Assembly: GCA_023430885.1 (NCBI GenBank)
Contig: JAEYYH010000026.1
Location: 19,599-83,598, forward strand
DNA length: 64,000 nucleotides
From: Bacillota bacterium
GTDB taxonomy: Bacteria; Bacillota_I; Bacilli_A; RF39; UBA660
Reading direction: 5' to 3'
The notes below the pieces were generated by a model that saw only the letters and a program-made list of their open reading frames with translations, was not told the origin of the DNA and made no database searches. Within the stretch, counting starts at the first letter, position 1. Each line of letters opens with the position of its first letter. Of the stretch, positions 1 through 8,444 are shown one piece after another. The translations under genes and the position numbers were made by a program.

Positions 1-2
1 AA

Positions 3-1382
3 TTGCAAGTTAAAAATTATTTGGAAGCAATGGAAATGCAAGCTTTGCCATTGAGATTTGAACAAGAAAAAGTATTAAAATCAATGCTTCCAATTTACCC
101 AAAACAAGATATAGAAGATAGAATAGGTACCCCAATTCCTGCACCTACTTTAGCAGCTATGTATCCATTCATTTTTGATAGCATCAAAGATCCAGGACTA
201 GCATGTTTATTAGGTGTTGATTTCTCTGGTGGTGTTATATTATTTAATCAATTTTTATATCAAGAGAAAAAAGAAAATAATCGTAATAATGCTAACATGA
301 TTATATTAGGTACTTCTGGTAGTGGTAAATCAACTGCTGCTAAATTATTGCTTAGAACTAATATTCGTAACGATCATCAAATTATTGTTATAGATCCTGA
401 AGGTGAACTTGAGGAAATGACAAAAAGATACAATGGTGACTTTATTGACTTAGGTAAGGGTGGAGATTATGGTATGATTAATCCACTTGAAGTAATAGTC
501 GATGCTGATGAAGAAGAAATAGCTTCAGGTTTAGGATATACTGTACTTACTAGAACTATACAAACTGTAAAAGCATTTTTAAAATATTATGATCCTTCTA
601 TTGGAGAAGATGTTGTAAATATATTTAGTGAAGTTTTACAAGAAACATATAGAAGATTTAACATTAGTTTTGAATCAGATTTCACTAAATTTACATCTAA
701 AGATTTTCCAACTATAAAAGATGTTTATGCTACAGTACGTGGAAAAATACTTTCTATGCCTGAAAAAACACAAGAACGTGATATTTTGGAAAGATTGGAA
801 ATTAAATTAAGACCACTAGTAAAAGAATTGAAGTATTATTTTGATGGACATACTACGATTTCTTCAAAAAGTAATTTTATAGTGTTTAATATCAAAGAAT
901 TAATGAATACGGATGCAAATATCAGAAATGCTTTATTCTTTAATGTATTAAAATATGCTTGGGGATTAGCTTTGGATAAAAGTAGAAATACTATTTTGAT
1001 GGTTGATGAAGCACACGTATTAATGGCAGGAAATAATACATTGGGTGCAGATTTCTTAGCGCAGGTTCAAAGACGTGCTAGAAAATACAATACAGGTACT
1101 ATAATAATTACACAGCAACCAACAGATTTCTGTGATCCTGCTGTAATAGTACAAGGAAAAGCAATTTTCGACAATGCTGCTTATTATTTAGTTATGGGAC
1201 TTAAGAAACAAGCTGCAGACGATTTATCATTATTAATAGATTTAAATGATAATGAAAGAGAAAGTATAAAACATTATAGCCAAGGAGAAGCTTTATTTGT
1301 TTGTGGAAGCAGAAGAATGCGTATTAACGTAATAGCTACTGAACAAGAAATAGATTCATTTGGCGGTGGCGGCGGCCTATAA
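3..1382 (+). CDS. VirB4/TrsE-family conjugative transfer ATPase, C-terminal ATPase domain (5' end truncated by window start)
   Basis: Walker A ILGTSGSGKST, IVIDPEGE, Walker B ILMVDEAH, then ITQQP motif. The ORF is open to the window edge. Confidence 0.75.
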   Translation: MQVKNYLEAMEMQALPLRFEQEKVLKSMLPIYPKQDIEDRIGTPIPAPTLAAMYPFIFDSIKDPGLACLLGVDFSGGVILFNQFLYQEKKENNRNNANMIILGTSGSGKSTAAKLLLRTNIRNDHQIIVIDPEGELEEMTKRYNGDFIDLGKGGDYGMINPLEVIVDADEEEIASGLGYTVLTRTIQTVKAFLKYYDPSIGEDVVNIFSEVLQETYRRFNISFESDFTKFTSKDFPTIKDVYATVRGKILSMPEKTQERDILERLEIKLRPLVKELKYYFDGHTTISSKSNFIVFNIKELMNTDANIRNALFFNVLKYAWGLALDKSRNTILMVDEAHVLMAGNNTLGADFLAQVQRRARKYNTGTIIITQQPTDFCDPAVIVQGKAIFDNAAYYLVMGLKKQAADDLSLLIDLNDNERESIKHYSQGEALFVCGSRRMRINVIATEQEIDSFGGGGGL

Positions 1383-1407
1383 AATTTAATATAAAATTTA
1401 CTAGACT

Positions 1408-4400
1408 TTGGTGGTGATGGTTATGGATGAAAATAATAATGTGAATGAAAATAGTGGCGTTGATAAAAAAGCACTAGAAAAGCAACATACAGAGCAAAAT
1501 ACAAAAAAAGCTCTTCAAGTTGCAGAAAAAGGTGCCGCTACTTATTTTGCTGGTCCAGAAGGAGCAGCTGCAGTTAATGCACTCCATAATGCACCCGTTG
1601 TTGGTAAAGCTTTAAATAAAGTAGAAGACAAGGCTGTTGAAAAATTAGGAAAAAATAAAAATATTGCCAATCTTGCAAATAAATTAGGTGATAGTGGTGT
1701 TACAGATGCTGCTGATAAAGGTTTAGATGCAGTTGGCGCAGCTGGAGGCGGTGGTGCTGCTGCCGGTGCCAGTGGTGCTGCAAAGGCAGGTGGAGCAACG
1801 GCAGGAGCAAGTTCTTCTGCTACTTCAGCTGCAAAGGGGATAAATGATGGTCTAGGAAAATTACCAGCCGGTTTAAATGGTTCTGGTGGTTCAAATAGCC
1901 CAAATGGTCCTGGCGGTGGTTTTGGTGGTGGAGATGACGAACTTTCTCCATCTCAGCGAACTGTACAAGCAGTCAAAAAAACAGGTAAAATATTAAAAAT
2001 GATATCACCAGCTCTTCCATTTATTGGAGGAGCAATTGTTACAATATTAGTAGTTGTAATGGTTATGGCTGAAATCATGGTTATAAGAGATAAAATTGTT
2101 GGAGTAATCAATGAAGTTTTAAAGACGGAGCAGAGACTTACCAATTTTGTTACTGGAGATGGTTGGAGAACTGAAGATGAGGCTTTTTTCTACAAGTTAA
2201 AGGTAGCATATAACGATTTTAAATCAACTACTAATTCAGATAAGCCATTAGATATACCATTAATAGCTGCAACCATTCATTATTCAAAAGTTACAGATAT
2301 GAATAACTGGGATGGTGCTGAAGGTGAACACGAAGATGACATTGGTAAAAATGAAGATAATTACTCAGATTCTGAGGATACTGGTATAGGTTCATCTATA
2401 GTTGAAACATATAAGACGTGGAGTTTTTACCAAATGGCTAATGTAAAACTTGGTAACTACACTTTAACACCAGGGCAAAGAGGACTTCTTGGTCATTTGG
2501 TTCATACCGAAATAGAATGGCATAAAATTTGTATTTTAGATGCACCTGCAAAATGGGCAGAATTTTTTTCGGATCTTTTTGGTTTCAAGTCATTACAAGA
2601 AAATCTTGAATTAAATGATGGTAAAGTAGGATCAGCGTTGCTTGACGAAATAAGTCAATTTCTTCAACTTTCACCTATTGGAATGATAACAGGTTTTGCA
2701 GATTTGTTTAAAGATATTCAGGCTTTTGCTGATCAAGATTCCAGTGCTTTAGAATGGTGGTCTGCAAACTTTGTCTACGAAGCAAGAGAGTTCATTGAAT
2801 ATTTATCTGGAAACTTTAATGATGAAAGGTTAGTTAACACGCCATATTCATATTACAACAATTTAGAAGGAAGTGGAACTAAGGTAGATGGTACAAGTGT
2901 TGGGAAACCAGCTCAAAGTGTATATGATGAGTCTCAGAATTATTCCTCAGCTTCCACTGGTAAAACTACAGATGATGATGGTACATGTATACTTAATTTT
3001 CCATATCCTAAAGTTGTTAGAAGTATGGATTACAAGGGATACTATCGTTATTTAGTAAATGTATATATTCCATTAACATATTATAGAGGTTTAGAAGTAG
3101 ATAAAGATTATTCTTTTCTTGAAGTTGTTCAAACAGCTAATGCTATCTTTGATCAGAAGTATTTATATGAATATTTAGTTGGCGAAGATACTCAAAATTT
3201 AGCCAGTGGTTGTGATTATAACTTTTCTGGTTCGTCCTCCACGACAGTTAGTGTAGATAAAAATATGATTGACAATCTATATGTTAATGTAATGTCCGGT
3301 AGTTGTGGTAGTGTAAAAAATTGTACGAATATCGAAGAAACAGTATCTCTAAAAGATTATGTTATAGGTGTAGTTTATCGTGAAATTGGAGCTTCTATAA
3401 AAGATAATGCAGAATATTTAAAAGCAAATATTATTGCTGCAAAAAGTTTTACAGTCGGAAGAAGAACCGCTTCACAAAGTGGAGACAAGTATTACATAAA
3501 TATGATAAATAGTACAAACGATCAAGTATATTGCAGTGTAACAAAAGGTTGTATGGAAGCATCTAGTAATAAGAAACCAGCTCCATCTGCTGAACTTCTT
3601 GAGTATTTAGGTAAACTTTATGATGAAGTTTATAATGATTTCCTTTACAATTCATCAAGTAGTTCATTTACAGGTTACTATAGAGCAAAAGAATCGCAAT
3701 GTATTGGATCAGATATAGCGGGTGCTTGCCTAGGTCAAAATGAAAGCCAAGAAATGGGAGATGCTGGTAAAAAATATGAAGCTATTTTGGGATATTTTTA
3801 TGTAGATCCTATAGGAATGGTGGATATTTCTACCGGAAACTTCAGTGTTGGTGTAATGCAGTGTATATCATCAGGTCTTAAATTAGGAACAGACGGTTAC
3901 TATATGCGTACTACTAAGCCAGACCCAACCAATATTTACTTTAATCCTCCTTATGTATCTAATTCTAATAGAGGTCAATGTGTATGGTATGTAAAAGGAA
4001 GAGCACAAGAAATAATTGCCAATTCTATAGCAGATGCATCAAAAAAAGAAACCGCAAAAAATGCAATACAAGCTACAAATGGTAATGGAAATCAGTGGTT
4101 TACTGAAGAATTGCAAAAAGTATTTGGCAGTAGTACTGATTACAGACTTCCAAAAGTTGGATCAATAGCTGTTTACACATGGACAGACAGTCATTGTGCT
4201 CAATATTGGGGTGGAACTTGTAGAGAAAATTATGGACACTCCCTTATTGTTGAAGAAGTTAATGGAAATAATGTAACAACTTCTGAAGGTTATACAAAAT
4301 GTAGTACAGGAAGTCCAGGTTGGGAATGCCCTATATTCTTTAATGGACACTACACAATTGAGCAAATGAAAGATCTTGGCGGGAATTATAAATTTATTGG

Positions 4401-4422
4401 GTATATATATTTATTGGATTAA
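1408..4422 (+). CDS. Conjugation-associated cell-wall hydrolase: N-terminal Gly/Ala-rich low-complexity region, one TM segment, SpoIID/LytB-like domain and C-terminal CHAP domain. Likely true start is ATG 1423 after RBS GGTGGTGAT
   Basis: TM segment ISPALPFIGGAIVTILVVVMVMAEIMVI. SpoIID-like stretch LKDYVIGVVYREIGASIKDNAEYLKANIIAAKSFTV. CHAP Cys in GQCVWYVKGRAQE and His in GHSLIVEEV. Position between VirB4 and T4CP is typical of Gram-positive conjugation hydrolases. Confidence 0.7.
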   Translation: MVVMVMDENNNVNENSGVDKKALEKQHTEQNTKKALQVAEKGAATYFAGPEGAAAVNALHNAPVVGKALNKVEDKAVEKLGKNKNIANLANKLGDSGVTDAADKGLDAVGAAGGGGAAAGASGAAKAGGATAGASSSATSAAKGINDGLGKLPAGLNGSGGSNSPNGPGGGFGGGDDELSPSQRTVQAVKKTGKILKMISPALPFIGGAIVTILVVVMVMAEIMVIRDKIVGVINEVLKTEQRLTNFVTGDGWRTEDEAFFYKLKVAYNDFKSTTNSDKPLDIPLIAATIHYSKVTDMNNWDGAEGEHEDDIGKNEDNYSDSEDTGIGSSIVETYKTWSFYQMANVKLGNYTLTPGQRGLLGHLVHTEIEWHKICILDAPAKWAEFFSDLFGFKSLQENLELNDGKVGSALLDEISQFLQLSPIGMITGFADLFKDIQAFADQDSSALEWWSANFVYEAREFIEYLSGNFNDERLVNTPYSYYNNLEGSGTKVDGTSVGKPAQSVYDESQNYSSASTGKTTDDDGTCILNFPYPKVVRSMDYKGYYRYLVNVYIPLTYYRGLEVDKDYSFLEVVQTANAIFDQKYLYEYLVGEDTQNLASGCDYNFSGSSSTTVSVDKNMIDNLYVNVMSGSCGSVKNCTNIEETVSLKDYVIGVVYREIGASIKDNAEYLKANIIAAKSFTVGRRTASQSGDKYYINMINSTNDQVYCSVTKGCMEASSNKKPAPSAELLEYLGKLYDEVYNDFLYNSSSSSFTGYYRAKESQCIGSDIAGACLGQNESQEMGDAGKKYEAILGYFYVDPIGMVDISTGNFSVGVMQCISSGLKLGTDGYYMRTTKPDPTNIYFNPPYVSNSNRGQCVWYVKGRAQEIIANSIADASKKETAKNAIQATNGNGNQWFTEELQKVFGSSTDYRLPKVGSIAVYTWTDSHCAQYWGGTCRENYGHSLIVEEVNGNNVTTSEGYTKCSTGSPGWECPIFFNGHYTIEQMKDLGGNYKFIGYIYLLD

Positions 4423-4432
4423 GGAGGATATA

Positions 4433-5098
4433 ATGAATAAAAAGATATTAGTATTATTATTAATAACATTTATATTTTTCTTAACTGGTTGCGATGCCAA
4501 ATATGAGATGGAAATAAAAAACAATAAAATAACTGAAAATATTTCTGTCTCTATACCTAGTAAATATACAGAAAAGGAAATTAATGAAAATATTGATTAT
4601 TTTGGCATAAATTCTGATTCTGCTTATAATCAAAAAATTGAAAAAAAAGATAATGAGAGTATTATTTCACTTAGTGGAAAAAAATCAAAGATTGATGATT
4701 TTTTTAATAATAGTGATAGTTTTGTAAATAAATGTTATAATAAGGTTAGTTTTGTACTAGAGGATGGCAAATATTATATAGGGACATCAAAAGGATTTAA
4801 ATGTTTAACTTATGAATACATGGAATTAGATAGTCTTACTATAAACATTAAAACTTATCATAAAGTGTATGATAATAATGCTGACAAGGTAAGTAACAAT
4901 GTGTATACGTGGATTATTAATAAAAACAATATTTCAACAAACAACATTTTATTTGTTGTAAGCAAGAATGAATATGTTTGGTATTATAGATATAGATATT
5001 TATTTGGCGGAATAGTAGCAGTATCTGTTATATTCTTAGTTACTTACATAGTTATTTCTATATTCAGAACAACTAGTAAGCGAGCAAATAAAATTTAG
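4433..5098 (+). CDS. Lipoprotein with C-terminal TM anchor (T4SS-associated, function unknown). The ORF track starts at 4376, but RBS AAGGAGGA favours ATG 4433
   Basis: MNKKILVLLLITFIFFLTGC lipobox LTGC. C-terminal hydrophobic segment LFGGIVAVSVIFLVTYIVISIF. Confidence 0.5.
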   Translation: MNKKILVLLLITFIFFLTGCDAKYEMEIKNNKITENISVSIPSKYTEKEINENIDYFGINSDSAYNQKIEKKDNESIISLSGKKSKIDDFFNNSDSFVNKCYNKVSFVLEDGKYYIGTSKGFKCLTYEYMELDSLTINIKTYHKVYDNNADKVSNNVYTWIINKNNISTNNILFVVSKNEYVWYYRYRYLFGGIVAVSVIFLVTYIVISIFRTTSKRANKI

Positions 5099-5109
5099 GA
5101 GGTAAATAG

Positions 5110-7929
5110 ATGAAATTGAAATTCAGAGCAGATTCAAAAGACATAGTTATATTTGTAATATTTTGTGTAATATTACTTTATCTATGTGCTATAGCAGTAT
5201 TAAATTTATCAGAATTTTCAAAATACGGAACATTTTTTGGATTAAATCCATTTCCGGCTTTTACTTCTGAATATGTATTCCCAACTTTAGTAATATTTGT
5301 TTTTGCTTTAGTAGCCATTATTATGAGTGTCTCTTCTTATTTCTTTGATAGAGAAAAAGGAATAGGCATTAGCACTGATGCTAAAAAAGAAAAAGGTTAT
5401 TCAAGATGGTGTACTGATAAGGAAATGAAAAAAGAACTAAAACCTGTATTAGCAATGTCTGAGACAAGTGAATTTGCTGGTATACCAATAATGAATGACG
5501 GTAAAAAAATATGGGTTGATGATGGAGAATTTCATACTTTAGTTATTGGTTCTACTGGTGCAGGTAAAACTGAGATGACTATTCAACCTATGGTCAAAGT
5601 GCTTGCTAAAAAAGGCGAATCTATGATTATAACCGATCCAAAAGGTGAGATATATGAAAAGAATGCCTTGGAGTTAAAAGAAAAAGGATACAATATAGTT
5701 TTATTAAACTTTCGTAATCCTCAAAATGGTAATTGTTGGAATCCTCTAACTTTACCATATCAATTATACTGTGATAAAAATCAAGATAAAGCTTGCGAAT
5801 TGTTAGAGGATTTAGCTTTGAATATTCTATACGATGAATCATCAAAAGGGCAAGATCCATTCTGGGAAAAAACTTCCGCAGATTATTTTGCGGGTTTATC
5901 TTTAGCGTTATTTGAAGATGCTAAAGCAGAAGAAATTAACTTAAATAGTATTAATTTGATGACTACTGCTGGAGAAGATAAAATAGGTAACACTACATAT
6001 ATAAAAGAATATTTTAGTGATAAAGATCAGGGTTCTCCTGCATACATAAATGTAGCAAGTACATTAATGGCTCCAAATGAAACAAAGAGCAGTATTTTAT
6101 CTGTATTTAAACAAAAGATTAAACTATTTTCATCTCGTGAAAATCTATCTGAGATGTTATCTCATAGTGATTTTGACATGCATGATATTGGACGTAAAAA
6201 AACAGCTGTATTTATTGTAATACAAGATGAAAAGAAAACTTATCATTCACTTGTAACTATATTCTTAAAACAATGCTACGAAACGCTTATTAGTGTTGCG
6301 CAAGAATGTGGTGGGCATTTGCCATATAGAACAAACTTTATATTAGATGAGTTTGCTAATATGCCCCCCCTTAAAGATGTAACTACAATGGTAACTGCAG
6401 CTCGTAGTCGCCATATAAAATTTACATTTGTAATTCAAAACTTTGCACAACTTTATGAGGTATATGGCAAAGAAAATGGTGAAACAATAAAGGGTAACTG
6501 TGGTAATATAATTTATTTAATAAGTAGTGAGTTATCTGCTTTGGAAGAAATAAGTAAACTTTGTGGTGAAGTCAAATCAAAGGAAAAAGATAAGACGGAT
6601 TCTAGGCCACTTGTTACAGTTAGTGACTTGCAAAGATTGCCACAATGGACTTTAATAGCTATACGTATTCGTATGATGCCTTTTAAAACCAAACTTACTC
6701 CAAACTGGCAAATGGTTAAAGATAATAGTTGGGGTAGAAATTATGATCTAGCAACATATCCAGTTAGAGAAAAAGGCATAGTTCAAACATTTAATATAAA
6801 GCAGTTTGTTGATAAGAAAAAGGAAGAAAAAGTTACAAATATGCTTAATAATATAACTGGAGGTTCATCTAAGCCAGTTGATACAGGATTCAATCCTTTT
6901 GCTAGCCAAAAACCTACTAATGCTCCGCTTGCTTCGAAGAACGCAGGTGGATTTGATGTAGATGAAATGGTTCGTAGAATTGATGCAAAGATTGCTGAAC
7001 TTGAAGAAGAAGAAAGACAAGAAAAAGCAAAATTAGCCGAAAAAAATGCTGGCAATGCCAATCTGATTTCTAAGGATGATGTCACAATACCTATAGAAGA
7101 AAATAAATTAACTACATCACAAATTTCTTCAATTATACCTACAAGTGTTAAAGAAGAAAAATCTGAAACAGAAATAGATGAATCACCTGATTTTAATTTT
7201 AATATTCCAAAAACAGATGGAGAAAATTTAGATTTATCATTTAACAAACAAATTTTTCCATCTAGTGATTCAGTTGAATATAAAGATAATTCAAAATTAG
7301 ATTCAACACAAAATAAAAATGTGTTATTAGATTCATTAGCATCAGAAGATGATGCAAACGATGATAATGATAGTGGTAGATTCTTTGGTTTACCAGTTGT
7401 TGAAAATTCTTCAGCAAATAAAAATTCAGAGAACTTAGATGAGGAAGAACCAAAAGATGAAACTACTCAAAAAGAAAATAATAATAGCAGTCAATTTTTC
7501 GACTTCATTGTTCCTGTAGAAACTAAGAATGAAAAGCTAGAACCAAAACAGGAAGAAAATAATGTTGATATTAATATACAAGAAGAAAAAATTCCGGAAG
7601 GTATTATTAATGACATATTACCTGTATCTACTGTTCCTAAACAGGAATTAACACCAATTGATTCTTTACCAGAGGATTCATATATAGAAAAACCTGTGGA
7701 AGAAGATGTTGATATTCCAGCTTCTACAGAAGTGAAATTTATTCAACCAGTTATTGAAACCGCTCCATTAAAGCAAGAACAAAATGTTCCGACAAATGAA
7801 ATTAAAAATGAGACAGATAATAAAAAGACAATTGAAAAAAATATTGATAAATTAGATACAAAAGTGATTAATAATAATTATGTAACTGATGATCAATTCT
7901 TCGATGATTTCTTTAATGACGAAGAATAA
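5110..7929 (+). CDS. Type IV secretion coupling protein (VirD4/TraG/TcpA-like) with a ~380-aa acidic low-complexity C-terminal tail
   Basis: N-terminal TM helices. Walker A LVIGSTGAGKTEMT, IITDPKGE, Walker B FILDEFANMPP. C-terminal half is D/E/N/K/S-rich with no recognisable domain. Confidence 0.75.
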   Translation: MKLKFRADSKDIVIFVIFCVILLYLCAIAVLNLSEFSKYGTFFGLNPFPAFTSEYVFPTLVIFVFALVAIIMSVSSYFFDREKGIGISTDAKKEKGYSRWCTDKEMKKELKPVLAMSETSEFAGIPIMNDGKKIWVDDGEFHTLVIGSTGAGKTEMTIQPMVKVLAKKGESMIITDPKGEIYEKNALELKEKGYNIVLLNFRNPQNGNCWNPLTLPYQLYCDKNQDKACELLEDLALNILYDESSKGQDPFWEKTSADYFAGLSLALFEDAKAEEINLNSINLMTTAGEDKIGNTTYIKEYFSDKDQGSPAYINVASTLMAPNETKSSILSVFKQKIKLFSSRENLSEMLSHSDFDMHDIGRKKTAVFIVIQDEKKTYHSLVTIFLKQCYETLISVAQECGGHLPYRTNFILDEFANMPPLKDVTTMVTAARSRHIKFTFVIQNFAQLYEVYGKENGETIKGNCGNIIYLISSELSALEEISKLCGEVKSKEKDKTDSRPLVTVSDLQRLPQWTLIAIRIRMMPFKTKLTPNWQMVKDNSWGRNYDLATYPVREKGIVQTFNIKQFVDKKKEEKVTNMLNNITGGSSKPVDTGFNPFASQKPTNAPLASKNAGGFDVDEMVRRIDAKIAELEEEERQEKAKLAEKNAGNANLISKDDVTIPIEENKLTTSQISSIIPTSVKEEKSETEIDESPDFNFNIPKTDGENLDLSFNKQIFPSSDSVEYKDNSKLDSTQNKNVLLDSLASEDDANDDNDSGRFFGLPVVENSSANKNSENLDEEEPKDETTQKENNNSSQFFDFIVPVETKNEKLEPKQEENNVDINIQEEKIPEGIINDILPVSTVPKQELTPIDSLPEDSYIEKPVEEDVDIPASTEVKFIQPVIETAPLKQEQNVPTNEIKNETDNKKTIEKNIDKLDTKVINNNYVTDDQFFDDFFNDEE

Positions 7930-7931
7930 TT

Positions 7932-7984
7932 AAAAAAACCACTTATTAATATAATGCAAACATATTATATTATAGGTGGTTTTT
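7932..7984. terminator. Long imperfect hairpin (outer stem AAAAACCAC/GTGGTTTTT, loop CAAAC) flanked by A-run and T-run; bidirectional terminator candidate and possible element boundary
   Basis: Inverted repeat read directly from the sequence, immediately after the T4CP stop codon. Confidence 0.4.
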
Positions 7985-8269
7985 ATGTTAATAAATATAA
8001 GTGTTAGCGAGTTAAAAAAATTAATTGGGTCTATTAATATAATAGATATAAGAATTAAAGACGACTATGATAATGGACATATAAAAACGAGTATTAATAT
8101 TCCAAATAGTCAATTATTATGTAATTATAAACAATATTTAGACAAAACAAAAAAATATTATATATATTGTCAGTATGGAAAGACCAGTGTAAAAACATGT
8201 GCTTTCTTGAATAAATTAGGTTATGATGTTGTGAATATATCAGGTGGTTTTGATGAATTTTTTAAATAA
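7976..8269 (+). CDS. Single-domain rhodanese-like sulfurtransferase
   Basis: IIDIRIKDDYDNGHIKTSINIP and active-site loop YCQYGKTS. About 95 aa. Confidence 0.6.
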   Translation: MVFMLINISVSELKKLIGSINIIDIRIKDDYDNGHIKTSINIPNSQLLCNYKQYLDKTKKYYIYCQYGKTSVKTCAFLNKLGYDVVNISGGFDEFFK

Positions 8270-8408
8270 TGTATTATGATTATTGTAGAATTATTTTTTA
8301 ATAGTGTTTAATTAAATGTGTACAAACTATTGGTTTACAAAAAACAACAGAAATTTATAAATTAAGAAAAGAAAAGTATAATCTTACGATTTTTTCACAT
8401 AAATATAT

Positions 8409-8437
8409 TGAATTTTATGGTAAAATATAACAAGGAG
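8409..8437 (+). promoter_or_regulatory. Sigma-A-type promoter candidate for gpmI (TTGAAT ... TGgTAAAAT extended -10)
   Basis: Motifs read in sequence about 10-35 nt upstream of the gpmI RBS AAGGAGATGG. Confidence 0.35.
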
Positions 8438-8444
8438 ATGGTAA

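Larger units (their letters stand above)
1..7929 (+). mobile_element. Partial conjugative-element type IV secretion module (ICE- or plasmid-derived); upstream part lies outside the window
   Basis: Consecutive same-strand genes for a VirB4-like ATPase, a membrane-anchored SpoIID+CHAP hydrolase, a lipoprotein and a VirD4/TraG-like coupling protein, followed directly by housekeeping genes. Confidence 0.5.

Noticed and set aside
1700-1930. Repetitive GGT/GCT-rich DNA that could be mistaken for a repeat array or collagen-like gene
   Set aside because: It is in frame within the hydrolase ORF and encodes a Gly/Ala/Ser low-complexity linker. No spacer-repeat periodicity.
1953-2144. Minus-strand 63-aa ORF inside the hydrolase gene
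   Set aside because: Lies antisense within the Gly/Ala-rich coding region. Compositional artifact with no RBS.
4376-4432. N-terminal extension of the lipoprotein ORF (MAGIINLLGIYIYWIKEDI)
   Set aside because: Overlaps the upstream gene's end. A strong RBS AAGGAGGA precedes ATG 4433, which begins a canonical lipoprotein signal.
6783-7453. Minus-strand ORFs (154 aa and 63 aa) inside the T4CP acidic tail
   Set aside because: Antisense to a low-complexity coding region. Ser/Leu/Phe-rich mirror-image translation typical of spurious ORFs.
1-7929. Possibility that the first 8 kb is a prophage
   Set aside because: The genes are T4SS-type (VirB4, VirD4, cell-wall hydrolase). No capsid, terminase, portal or tail genes.
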